Below, one piece after another: positions 27,431 to 38,954 of a stretch of 62,816 bases of DNA. Source of the DNA: Macrostomum lignano. Lineage: Eukaryota. Location: contig NIVC01004052.1 in NCBI GenBank assembly GCA_002269645.1, forward strand, positions 1 through 62,816. The letters run 5' to 3'. Made by a program: the position numbers and the translations under genes. Below the pieces are notes generated by a model. The model was given only the letters and a program-made list of their open reading frames with translations. It was not told where the DNA came from and did not search any database. Numbering within the stretch: the stretch's first letter is position 1; the number at the start of each line of letters is the position of its first letter.

Positions 27431-30158
27431 TCAAATATACTAAAAATGAAAAAATTGCTTGCTTGCTTCCTATATACTAAACAAAGGCTCAGCCGATTTT
27501 CTTCAAACTTGCACCATTCGATCAGAAATTTTCCTGGGACGGTACATGCATCTTGGCTAAGAAATTTCTCGATGTTAAAGGGATTAAATATTCGAAAAAC
27601 ATGCTTTTTTGCAAAGGTCAAGCAGCTCTTTCGACCTAAAATTCATTGTAAGAATGCTAGAGAAAAAACTGACTGACTGAATTCTGATTGTGATAAAGAT
27701 TACATCACAAGTTGAAAACAGTGTCGAAAAAATGCGCATAAGACTTGGTTGAAATTGCGTAACCATATTGCTAACTTAAATTGAGACTGATACTGGCTGA
27801 CTGAGAAATTGATTATGTCATAACTTTTTACTCTAACCAACTTGCTGTAAGAAATAAAAATTATAAGGGCCAAAATTCACATTCTCCAATTAAAAAGAGA
27901 TAGCCCAGATGCGAACAGACTGGAATGCTAATGTAGCGACCTGAGTTCGAATCTTAGTTGTGCAAAAATTTTTTATTAAAACACCTTAAAAACACACAAA
28001 ACTGCTAAACATAAAAGAGACAATGTCAAACATAGAAGAGCAACCATGTCGAATATTAAAGAGTTACCATGTAAAACATATAAGTGACTTTATGTCAAAC
28101 ATTAAAGAGCCACCATGTCAAACATCAAAGAGCCACCATGTCAAACATCAAAGAGCCACCATGTCAAACATTAGAGCCACCATGTCGAACATTAAAGAGC
28201 CACAATGTCAAAAATTAAAGAGCCACATGTCAAACATAAAAGAGCCACTATGTCATACATTAAAGAGCCATCGTGTCGAACATTAAGGAGCCACCATGTC
28301 GAACAATAAAGAGCCACCATGTCAAACATTAAAGAGCCACCATTTCAAACATAAAAGAGCCACTATGTAAAACATGTATGACTCTATATCAAACATATAC
28401 GTGACTTCATGTCGAACATTAAAGAGCCACCATGTCAAACATAAAAGAGACGTTTTTTCAAACACAAAAGAGCCACCATGTTGAACATTAAAGAGCTACC
28501 ATGTCAAACATTAAAGAGCCACCATATCAAACATTAAAGTGCCATCGTGTCGAACATTAAAGAGCCACCATGTCGAACATCAAAGAGCCACCATGTCAAA
28601 CATTAGAGCCACCATGTCGAACATTAAAAAGCCACAACGTCAAAAATTAAAGAGCCACCATGTCGAACATTAAAAAGTCACCATGTCAAACATATATGTG
28701 ACTCCATGTCGAACATTAAAGAGCCACCATGTAGAACATTAAAGAGCCACCATGTAAAAATTTAAAGAGCCACCATGTCAAACATATAAGAGACTTTATT
28801 TCAAACATAAAAGAGCCACCATGTTGAACATTAAAGAGCTACCATGTCAAACATTAAAGAGCCACCATATCAAACATTAAAGTGCCATCGTGTCGAACAT
28901 TAAAGAGCCACCATGTCGAACATCAAAGAGCCACCATGTCTAACATTAAAAAGCCACAACGTCAAAAATTAAAGAGCCACAATGTCGAACATTAAAGAGT
29001 CACCATGTCAAACATATATGTGACTCCATGTCGAACATTAAAGAGCCACCATATCAAACATTAAAGTGCCACCATGTCGAACATATAGGAGCCACTATGT
29101 CGAACATAAAAGAACCACCATGTAGAACATAAAAGAGCCACCATGTCTAATATAAAAGAGCCACCATGTCGAACATATAGGAGCCACTATGTCGAACATA
29201 AAAGAACCACCATGTAGAACATAAAAGAGCCACCATGTCTAATATAAAAGAGCCACCATGTCGAACATAAAGGAGCCAACCTGTAAAACATTTAAAAGAT
29301 TCACCATGTCAAACATATAAGTGACTTCATTTCAAACATTAAAGAGCCACTATGTCAAACATTAAAGAGCCACCATGTCGAACATAAAAGAGCCACCATG
29401 TCGAACATAAAAGAACCACCATGTAGAACATAAAAGAGCCATCATGTCTAATATAAAAGAGCCACCATGTCGAACATAAAAAATACACAATTTCAAACGT
29501 AAAAGTGAGCGAATTTTAAAGGAGCCACTATAATGCTAAGGAAATTATCGCACTAGCTACTTATTGTCTGTTGGATGCTTGCTATCTGGGGGATGCTTGC
29601 TATCTGGGGATGGTTGCTATTTGGGTGATGCTTGCTATCTGGGGGATGCTTGCTATCTGGGGGATTCTTGCTATCTGGAGGATGCTTGCTATCTGGGGGA
29701 TTCTTGCTATCTGGAGGATGCTTGCTATCTGGGGATGCTTGCTATTTGGGTGATGCTTGCTATTTGGGTGATGCTTGCTATTTGGGTGATGCTTGCTATC
29801 TGGGGGATGCTTGCTATTTGGGTGATGCTTGCTATCCGGGGGATGCCTGCTATTTGGGTAATGCTTGCTATCTGGAGGATGCTTGCTATTTGGGGATGCT
29901 TGCTATTTGGGTAATGCTTGCTATCTGGGGGATGCTTGCTATCTGGGGATGCTTGCAATCTGGGGGATGCTTGCTATCTGGGGGATGCTTGCTATCTGGG
30001 GGATGCTTGCTGTCTTGTGGTGATTTCTTTTTGCATTGCACTTCATTTGAGTAGTTTGTCTGTTTTCTTTATGAAAGCTTTATTTGGCTATTTTCTTATT
30101 ACTTGTAGAGAACAGAGATTCTATACAGATGTCCCCAACGGGGGGCGAAGATTGCTAG
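27431..30158 (+). mobile_element. Non-autonomous Helitron unit H6
   Basis: 5' TCAAATATACTAAAAATG; 23-bp array ~28015-29480; 18-bp array (GATGCTTGCTATTTGGGT) ~29575-30010; 3' GTCCCC-AAC-GGGGGGC hairpin + GAAGATTGCTAG. Confidence 0.8.
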
Positions 30159-30615
30159 TAGAGAGGCTAAATATGAAGAGGGGGGAAAGAGAAGCTAATT
30201 AAAAGAGTGGGAATGGAGAGGCTGATAGAAAAAGTGGGAATAGAGAGGCTAATTGAAAGAGTAGGAATAAAGAGGCTAATGGGAAAAGTGGGAATGAAGT
30301 GGCTAATTGAAAGAGTGGGAATAGAGAGGCTAATTGAAAGAGTGGGAATGAAGAGGCTAATAGAAAGAGTGTGAATGAAGAGGCTAATAGAAAGAGTGTG
30401 AATAGAGAGGCTAATTGAAAGAGTAGGAATAGAGAGGCTAATAGAAAGAGTGTGAATAGAGAGGCTAATTGAAAGAGTAGGAATAGAGAGGCTAATTGAA
30501 AGAGTGGGAATGGAGAGGCGAATTGAAAGATTGGGAATAGAGAGGCTAATTGAAAGAGTGGGAATAGAGAGGCTAATGTGAAGAGTGGGAATAGAGAGGC
30601 TAATTGAAAGAGTGT
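30159..30615. repeat. 27-bp minisatellite, right part (continuation of 4780-6339)
   Basis: Same unit, resuming in register (TAGAGAGGCTAA) after the Helitron train. Confidence 0.92.
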
Positions 30616-30618
30616 TTA

Positions 30619-30900
30619 TCTCTACATATAAAAAATCAAAACTCTGTCTGTGTGTGTGTGTGTGTGTGTACAATTTTGATCGCTATGGACTCCCAAACCG
30701 CTCAACCAAATTACACCAAATTTTGCACCCACCCTAAACTCACTAAGGGGAGTGTCTTAGGCTATTTTTAAATTTCCTAGAATCAAGTCGTCCTACTTAA
30801 AAGTACAAAAAACTGCTCACTAAATCCAAAAAACTCACACAAAGCTCACAAAAACACTAAATCCTCTATAGCGCCGCTCCACTTTTATTAATCCTCTTCA
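30619..30900 (+). mobile_element. 5' part of another non-autonomous Helitron-like element (3' end not identified)
   Basis: A|TCTCTACATATAAAAA...CTGTCTGTGTG...AAACCGCTCAACCAAATTACACCAAATTTTGCAC, same head architecture as H2-H6. Confidence 0.5.
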
Positions 30901-31309
30901 AATTTGACACGAACAATGTTTAACTATTTTGACACAATCGTGTAAAATTTCGAGTCTCAAAGTTATTCATGAACAGCGCTGTGCACTTTTAAAGTTAGGC
31001 TGCTTTTTTCAGCGGGACAGCCATCCCAACCTCCGCCCGCCTGCCTCTCTTTCCCGATCTGGGCCCAGATGTGTAAAAGGGGTTTTAAAATTGACTAACT
31101 TTCGGCTGCCATAAGTTTGCTCCACGTAAAGCGATTGACTTTAAACTTGAAACAATTCTTCATTGACTCATTCTATGTCTAAATGTAAAGTCTCAACTCT
31201 GTATCTCAATCAGGACGGAAACTGTAAGCATGTGAAGTTTGTCTATTTTTTCTGTAGTTTGTGCCACTCACTCACTCATTCCCCCAGAGCCAGACGAAGG
31301 GTCACGCCC

Positions 31310-33039
31310 AGAATTCGGTCGATACAATATGCCCTGAAAACTACTGATTTCCCATGAATCTATGATCCAGCAGAAGTCCAAAAAAGCAATTCTAGAAATC
31401 CTATCGCATTGTCTGCACAGTGTACAGGCATGCAATTAGTACAGTGACTTTAGTTGATATCGGTGTAGAATGAAACTAATCCATTCTGCCAGAGCCTCAG
31501 AAGTTGGCCTTCATGGCTGAGAATGGCCTCAGGCCAATCGCACGGAATCGAACTAACTATACATGCATAAATTTTCGCAAGAGGCAGCTGCTCAGCCTCT
31601 CAATTGCACTCTTGGGCTTCATCAGTTGTTTATTGTTAAAGTGCAGCCGAGCTCTGGCAGCCCATCTCAATTCTGTCCAGCTCTCGGCCTGCCCAGGACA
31701 GTGTGGGACTCACATGTAGGCTGATTTTGGATTTCACACGGTTTATTTGTGCACTGCGGCTGCCTGGCTTTTTTTATTGCATTTTGCATTTGGTGACCGG
31801 CACTTTAGCATTTCACTGCTGAGATTTGTCAACTCGAAAGCTCAGCTTCTCTACTCTGTATAAGATCCCAGCTCAGATCATGCAGAATCCGCTCAATAAA
31901 CGCTTGTTTTCTCATGCTTCGAGAAAGCGCTAAACTATCAAAAAAGTGCAGCTGGCTGGCAGCTCAGCCTCCGCCCGTCATCTCTGAGCACAGAAGCGAA
32001 GGTGCAGTGAGGGGGCAGGCAGGGTGCTCAAGCACAATGCAGAGTCTCCATTGTGCAAGGCTGGGGCTGCAACTCTTTCGGGAGCAGCCGCCACTGCAGC
32101 CTCAGACAGCTCAGCTTTGCGCTGCTCATCTCGGCAGCCTCATCGCTAATTGAATCTCCAACCTTCATCTGGAACGGCCCCACCAGCTCAGCACTCGCAG
32201 TGCGGCAGTCTGGCGTGATAAAAGGCGGCAAAGAGAAAACTGCTCGAGTTCGCAATCACCCCATACTGGCTTCTCGAACCACCCAACCCCCCGGCAACTC
32301 CTGCCTGAGATAATAAACAAGTCTAGCTAGAATGCAGCTCCATCCAGCTCACTACTTAAAACAGACCGAGCTCTGCACTGCTTGCTGCCCCGGAGTCTGC
32401 CAAACTGCAGGGAGGCTGGCAGAGCGGTGAGCTGGCCTGAGAATAGCGAGCGAGCAGAGATAATTGCTGCTTGAGGTTAAGCTGGCCTCTCTAAACACCC
32501 GCTCCCTACAGCTCAAGACTGCTTTTTGTCATAAATAAGGCATTGTTGCCATGCTCGCATCTCAGAATTTGATGGCTCTCAGGCCATTCAGTGCGGCTCA
32601 AGCCTGTCTGTTGCTGCTGGCTGCAGGTGGCAGGAATGCGAAATGCAGTGAGTTGCTGCGGCCGAGAGCTGGACAGAATTGAGATGGGCTGCCAGAGCTC
32701 GGCTGCACTTTAATAATAAACAACTGATGAAGCCCAAGAGTGCAATTGAGAGGCTGAGCAGCTGCCTCTTGCGAAAATTTATGCATGTATAGTTGGTTCG
32801 ATTCCGTGCGATTGGCCTGAGGCCATTCTCAGCCATGAAGGCCAACTTCTGAGGCTCTGGCAGAATGGATTAGTTTCATTCTACACCGATATCAACTAAA
32901 GTCACTGTACTAATTGCATGCCTGTACACTGTGCAGACAATGCGATAGGATTTCTAGAATTGCTTTTTTGGACTTCTGCAGGATCATAGATTCATGGGAA
33001 ATCAGTAGTTTTCAGGGCATATTGTATCGACCGAATTCT
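31310..33039. mobile_element. Non-coding fold-back/MITE-like element with 380-bp inverted arms
   Basis: 31310-31689 is the reverse complement of 32660-33039 with only a few mismatches seen; 970-bp spacer with no credible ORF; no TSD found. Confidence 0.7.
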
Positions 33040-33439
33040 CTCTTCAGGGGAGGCAGGGCCTGCAGGCGATAGGGCTCAATCTACATAGCGAATGTACCGT
33101 GTTTTGGAATAACTTTTTAATAGCCTTCTCTGCACCCCCGCGAGTAGAGACGGAGAGGCGTGGAGAGGAGAGACAGTTTCAGCAAGAGATTCAAACCACT
33201 TTCCTCTGTATAGACACAAGTCTGCAGCAGTTTAACAGTAGATGGCAAACAGGCAAATCAAGGCGATGCGGGATGGTTTGTAAAAATAGCGAAAAATTAA
33301 TGAATAACTGATTACAATGCAATCCTACTAAATTAGTTACACCATGAAGCTTTTAACATTAGGTTTCGCATAGGGTAACTTTAAAATTTAAATGACTCCT
33401 AAGAAATGCGCATTTCCTTGGTTGTTAGACTGCTGCAGA

Positions 33440-33523
33440 GTGCAGACTGTGGTGGTGGAGCTGGAGATACAGAAATTCCTCTCAGGGCTGCTAATTGGCC
33501 AGAAAGGTGACGTGATTAAAGCA
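33440..33523 (+). pseudogene. KH-domain-like exon fragment
   Basis: Translates VQTVVVELEIQKFLSGLLIGQKGDVIKA*, matching the KH 'G..IGxxG..IK' signature, but immediately followed by a stop. Confidence 0.3.
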
Positions 33524-33968
33524 TGAGAAATGATAACCATGATAGTACCGTCCCACAAACTGGCTTTCGCAGCAGGGATCGGTTGATTTTTAACTCAAAG
33601 GCCAGATAAAGAATCCAACTCATGGCTGCGGGCCAGATGAGAGTGAAAAAGAAAAGGAATAGACTATTAGAAAGGGAGGAGGGGCGAGAAGGGGGTAAGA
33701 GAAAAGATATAAGATAACAGGAGAGACGAGTGGGGTGAGGACGAGGAGAGAGCAGAGAATATGGGAGGAGGAAGCGAGAGGAGGGGAGACAGGAGGGAGA
33801 GGAAAGAGTAGAGGAGAGAAGAGGAAGAGAGAAGAGGGGAGAGATGAGACAGAGGATCGATGAGAGAGGAGAGTAGAGAAGAGTGAGAAGAGAATAGAGA
33901 ACAGAGAGGAGATAGGAGGGGAGAGAGAGGTAGAGAGGAGTGAGAAGAGAGGAGATAAGAGATGAGAG

Positions 33969-34058
<90 letters not shown>

Positions 34059-34178
34059 AGAGAGAGAGAGAGGGAGAGAGGGAGAGAGAGGGAGAGAGAG
34101 AGAGAGAGGAGGGCGCCTCCAATCTCAGGCACGGACGCGGTACATGTAAAAAGGACAAACAAGTCAAGTTGATTTAAG

Positions 34179-34219
34179 TTGCCGATATTTCGGATTAGGT
34201 AAATTCTTCGTCAGGGCAA
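34179..34219 (-). ncRNA. Minimal type I hammerhead ribozyme (3' pLTR copy)
   Basis: Minus strand TTGCC-CTGACGA-AGAATTTACCTAATCC-GAAA-TATC-GGCAA: stem I TTGCC/GGCAA, CUGANGA and GAAA boxes, palindromic loopless stem III (AUAU), AUC cleavage triplet. Confidence 0.75.
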
Positions 34220-34791
34220 GTGAAAAGTAGCGACAAGTGGTGTTGTAAAAGTTATTAAATAGGCGGGTTAGAGGGGAGAGAGAGTAGACAGGTAGATTGA
34301 GAGATACGGTATGTACACTAAGTGTGAGTCGATAAAACACTATTAGAGTTGAAAATGCAAAATAAAAAACAGTGCACAAATAAAGTGAACCGCACGTGGG
34401 CTGCAGCGATCCTACACACGAAATAATGGAGTGGTGCAACTGCACCGGTGTCTAAAAAGGGGAAAGAGTGACTCTAAGCACTTTACAAAATGGACCTCAA
34501 TAAATAAAAAAGGTGAAAAGGCCCTCAAAAACTAAAAAGAGTAATTGTACGATAAGCAAAAGAGTAAAAGTAAAAAGTGTAATAAAAAAGTACAGGGTGT
34601 CAAGAAACAATAGAAATGTTGATGCAGAATAAATGCTGAGAATATACAAAAGCTGTGCTTGGGCTAGCGATGAGAATAAAAAAAATTCTAAGAAAGGAGC
34701 AATAAAAGGCTTGGTAGGTACCGGCACGGTCTGACAAAGGTAAGTAGTATGGAAAGTGAAGTAAAAAATCAAAAGGAAAAAAATTAAAAAT

Positions 34792-37086
34792 TCAATCAGT
34801 CGTGGACTCTAGTCGACTGGGACAGAGCAGCTGCCGGAGATTCCGCCCTTTGGTGTAGGCGGGCAGCACCGGGGCATCGCAGCTCCGGGCCACGCGGTCC
34901 TTCACCGCGGCCACCAGGGCGTCCGACCTCGCACAAAGGGGCAGGATCAGCGGGATGGCCGGGTTGTGCAGCGTGCCGGCAAGCTCGTTGACGCCGTGCG
35001 GGGTTCGAGTCTTTAACACCTCGATGAGCTTGGCCTCGTGGCGCTGCCGTCGCTCGTTCGCTCTGGGTCCCGTGCCGTCACGAGACCAGATGCCGGTGAA
35101 GGCGAAGTCCGCCAGACTGTGGCCATCACTGGTGAAATGGCGGGCCACCGGAGTGTCACGGGCGTGCCGGATGTCGCCTATGTGCGCCAGCATGCGGCCG
35201 CGGATGCTGTTGGCGGTCTCGCCTACGTAGACCGTGTGGTCGCACCGGCGGCAGAACACGGCATAGACGGCGTTGGTGGCGTTGCAGTCGATCCGCTGAC
35301 TGATGATGAGCTGGACTGTCGTGGCTGCTGATCCGGGGCAGACGGAGGCGAACCTGGCGTGCGCCTGGCAGCACCTGCACAGCCGGGTCGGGTTGCACGG
35401 CAGAAAGCCGAATTCCCACCGTCTTGTCGGGTAGAAGCCCAGCTCCATCAGGATCTCGTACTTGATCGTGCGCAGGAACCGCCGATTGTAGCCCTGGTGT
35501 TGCACCAGACTTGAAAACAGCCCGGTGCACGCTGCGTCGAAATCGGCCATCCGGGAACACCGCCGGGTGTATCTGAGGAGCTGGGTCTTCACCACGCCCC
35601 GGAACGTCCGCTTCGGGTGGAAAGAGTCGCGGTGAATGAGCGTTCGGCTGTCGGTCGGCTTAAAATACACCTTAGTTGCCAGGCACTTAACGTCACCCTC
35701 GCGGTCCCAGAAGACGGTGGTATCCAGGAAGTTGACCTCGGTGCTGTTGTAGCTCAGCTGCAACCTGATGGTCGGGTCGAAGCCATCCAGGAGCTCGTGG
35801 AAGCGGACCAGCTCGTCTCTCGTTCCGTGCCAGACGCCGAAGATGTCGTCGATGTAGCGCAGCCACAGGGCGGGCTTCTGCGGGCTGAGCTCCAGGCCCC
35901 GCTGCTCCCAGTAGCCCATGTAGATGTTACTGTAGCTGGGCGCAAACGATTTTCCCATGGCCTTGCCTTTCACTTGCAGAAAAAATTTGCCATCGAACTC
36001 GAAGTCGTTGCGCTCCAGGTTCAGCTTGAGCAAACTGAGGAGGCTCGCGTCCGGGCGCCGGGCGTCCGGGTGCTCTCTGAAGGCCCTCTGTACGCACTCG
36101 AGTCCGGCCGCGGTCGGGATGTTAGTGTAAAGGCTGGCGACGTCCATGGTGAACAGAAAGGTCTCACCCCGCGCCGGGCAGGTGATGTCTCTGATGGCCG
36201 CCTGGAAATGATCGGTATCCCTGATGAAGCTGGGCAGCTGGATGACGATCGGCTGCAGGAAGCTGTCGATGAAGCGGCCGCTGGCATATGATTCGCTTTC
36301 CACGTCAGACACGATGGGCCGGCCTGGCGGGATGTCGCCGAGCGGCCACGACTCGGCAGGCTTGTGAATCTTTGGCAGGATGTAAAAGCGTCGCGTCCGG
36401 AACTCCTCCTTCGGGCAGAAAGTGGTGAACTGGCGTTTGTCGATAAGCCTGCGGTCCAGTAGCGACTGGAAGACGGCGCGGATCCTCTGGGCCGTGAAGC
36501 GGTTGATCGGCTCGCTCAGAGGCCGGTAGAAGGTCGGGTCGTCCAGCTGACGCAGGCATTCACGGACATAGTCCTGCCGGTCCAGAATGACCAGCTGGCT
36601 GCCCTTGTCGGCCGGCTTGATGACGATGGACTTGTCTGCCCGTAGATCTCGCAGTGCCTTCGCCTCCGCCTGACTGATGTTTGGAGCGTTCCTGCAGTCC
36701 CGGATGTTCTCCCTGACGTCGTCCAGCTCCGCCAGAGTGGCTTGAATTTCGGGCCGGAGGCGGCTCGGATCGATGCTGGCCGTTGGGCGGCGGGGAAGCG
36801 GTGGACCGTCGTTCACCGTCAGTTCGCGCTTGAAGCCGCGAGCCGCCGACAAGGCCAGACGCTCGCCAAAGTCGCGGACGCCGGACGCCAGTGACTCCGC
36901 CGAGGTGCACCGAGGAGCCACTACGAAGGACTGGCCGCGCTCCAGCAGTTGCAGTTCAGTCGGTGCGAGAGCGCGGCTGGAGAGGTTCGTCACCCTCAGT
37001 TGGGGGGGGGGGCATGGCTCGCCCCCGGCCCGCTCAGTTTTTTGGAAGGTCGCCCACCGTCTCCAGGGCGATGGCGAACGCCCCAT
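34792..37086 (-). CDS. PLE reverse transcriptase + Cys-rich linker + GIY-YIG endonuclease
   Basis: YILPKIHK, PPGRPIVS, FTMDVASLYTNIP, GKAMG, WLRYIDDIF, VNFLDTTV; linker PCNPTRLCRCC; nuclease NAVYAVFC..C...YVGET...RM..H ... E ... GVN. True start uncertain. Confidence 0.92.
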   Translation of the reverse strand: MGRSPSPWRRWATFQKTERAGGEPCPPPQLRVTNLSSRALAPTELQLLERGQSFVVAPRCTSAESLASGVRDFGERLALSAARGFKRELTVNDGPPLPRRPTASIDPSRLRPEIQATLAELDDVRENIRDCRNAPNISQAEAKALRDLRADKSIVIKPADKGSQLVILDRQDYVRECLRQLDDPTFYRPLSEPINRFTAQRIRAVFQSLLDRRLIDKRQFTTFCPKEEFRTRRFYILPKIHKPAESWPLGDIPPGRPIVSDVESESYASGRFIDSFLQPIVIQLPSFIRDTDHFQAAIRDITCPARGETFLFTMDVASLYTNIPTAAGLECVQRAFREHPDARRPDASLLSLLKLNLERNDFEFDGKFFLQVKGKAMGKSFAPSYSNIYMGYWEQRGLELSPQKPALWLRYIDDIFGVWHGTRDELVRFHELLDGFDPTIRLQLSYNSTEVNFLDTTVFWDREGDVKCLATKVYFKPTDSRTLIHRDSFHPKRTFRGVVKTQLLRYTRRCSRMADFDAACTGLFSSLVQHQGYNRRFLRTIKYEILMELGFYPTRRWEFGFLPCNPTRLCRCCQAHARFASVCPGSAATTVQLIISQRIDCNATNAVYAVFCRRCDHTVYVGETANSIRGRMLAHIGDIRHARDTPVARHFTSDGHSLADFAFTGIWSRDGTGPRANERRQRHEAKLIEVLKTRTPHGVNELAGTLHNPAIPLILPLCARSDALVAAVKDRVARSCDAPVLPAYTKGRNLRQLLCPSRLESTTD

Positions 37087-38785
37087 CAGCAGACTGTCGC
37101 TCCAGGCTGATCTGGTCCCGTCGGAATGCCAGGTCCTTGGTGTCCAGCGAGATCAGGCTGACAGACCAGTAGCTGCTCAGGAGCTGGTTCGTCTTGCGAC
37201 AGCTACTCTTCTGGAGCGCCGGCGCATCGGGGGGGGGGGGGGCACACGGTCTGCACCACCCAGATTGACGCGCCGGGGAAAGCCTTCCTGATATTGGTCA
37301 GGCTCATCTTCCAGAGCTTGGCGATGGAGAAGTCGAAGCTCTCACGGTGGAGGTCGTTGTTGCCGGCCCAGACGATGACTCGGCCCGTGTCGGGACTCGC
37401 ATTCTCCACCTTTCTGATGTTCTTCAGGTAGTCCAGCGTGAGGCCCGGGAAGCAGTGCACCTCTAGGTCTGGCGAGGCCAGCTTCACGAATTCCACGTTC
37501 TGGTCAGCGATCACCAGAGTGGGCTTCTGCTTTGACCTCAGCTTCCAGTGCTTCTTGGCTCCGTGGTGGTAGATGACTTTGTTCTCCCGTAAGCTTCTGG
37601 CAGTCTTCGACGGTTGCATGAGGCTCCCGGAATCCGTAGAAGCAGATGGGGGCCTCTTCCTGGTGGCCACCGGGGTTCCGGAGTCTGCGGCATCTTCGCT
37701 TGTCCGGGCGGTGACAGTCTCTGGGACACCAGTAGACGTAGTCATGGGGAGGGACCCCTCCCTGTTTGTCGGAGTCTCAATTAAGGCACAGTCCCGTGCG
37801 GATGGCACCGTAGAGTTCTCTTCATGAGCCGTCGAAGCTGACGAGGCCGCCCACGAAGCAACCGATGAAGCCGCCGGAGCGGTCGCCGACGAACCGCCGA
37901 CGAAGCCACCAATGAAGCCGCCGGCGCGGTCGCCGACGAAGCCGCCGATAAAGCCGACGAGCCCGCCGACGAAGCCGCCGATGAAGCCGCCGGCGCGGTC
38001 GCCGACGAGGCCGCCGACGAAGCCGCCGATGAAGCCGCCGGCGCGGTCGCCGACGAGGCCGCCGTTGAGGCCGCTGGCGCGTTAGCTCCAGTCTCGAAAA
38101 TGCACATGAGCTCCTCCGACGCCTCCTCGATGATGGAAGCCAATGAACTGGACGTAGGTGGGGCAGCGGTCGAAGCTTGGGAATGCGTCGTGGCCTGGAG
38201 CTGCGTATCCGGTTCACTCAGACAGTCAGCCAGTGCCTTGAAACCATGGGTGTGCAGGCGCTCCTTCACACCGACAAGGATGCGGGGACTCCAGGCTCTG
38301 CCAATCTTGTTGGCGGCCCACCGGATGCCTATGAGCCAGCCGGTCTTGAATTCATCCACCGGGCCAAATAGTCGAAGCTGCTCCAACTTCTCGGCCACCG
38401 CTGCGAACTGCGTGCCGTAATGGGTCCTCATGTCCGCCGTTGTGTGCACCAGCCACTGTAGGGCGTTTGATTCGAAGCGCTGGTGAGTCTCCTTGCTCTG
38501 GAACGCTGGACAGAGGAATAAGGTCAGACTATCTGCCTTCCTTCGGACTGTCACTGGAGCTGCCGGGCGAGACCAGTTCTGCAGATGGTGGTGGATCCTG
38601 CACAGTCCCTTGCACGCTTCCGCGACTTGGTTGATAAAGGGCTGTTGCTGTGGTCTTGGCGGGGGCAGAGTGGCAGGCTGCCTTTCAGGTCGTTCACTGT
38701 TTCTCTGAGGTTCAGCTTGACGTCCAATGCGTCGCCGACTGTTGAACCACTGACGTTGCTGACGGAAGTTAGTTGCTGAGCTCAT
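37034..38785 (-). pseudogene. PLE ORF1: N-terminal domain, Ala/Ser-rich repeats, then an SGNH-hydrolase-like domain; two single-base frameshifts
   Basis: Starts MSSATNFRQQ (ATG 38785). A 1-bp deletion near 37894 and an off-by-one G run at 37229-37242 join track ORFs 37781-38938 and 37203-37808 to a tail ending ...FRRDQISL...LPKN* (stop 37034-36). SGNH blocks: LVIADQN, HCFPG, WAGNND. Confidence 0.75.
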
Positions 38786-38821
38786 GTCGTCCAAATGAAT
38801 TACCGGTGCTGGCCAAAGAGA

Positions 38822-38877
<56 letters not shown>

Positions 38878-38954
38878 GAGAGAGGAGGGCGCCTCCAATC
38901 TCAGGCACGGACGCGGTACATGTAAAAAGGACAAACAAGTCAAGTTGATTTAAG

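Larger units (their letters stand above)
6340..30158 (+). mobile_element. Composite head-to-tail train of six non-autonomous Helitrons
   Basis: Starts TC at 6340 after A (GGGAA|TC) and ends CTAG at 30155-30158 before T (CTAG|TAGAGAGG), i.e. inserted in the A|T of one 27-bp repeat unit with no TSD. Internal junctions are GC-hairpin + CTAG|TC at 11204, 13539, 19617, 23592 and 27430. Confidence 0.85.

Noticed and set aside
20215-29480. Regular 23-bp repeat arrays superficially like CRISPR
   Set aside because: The units are contiguous with no unique spacers, no cas genes are present, and the context is eukaryotic Helitrons.
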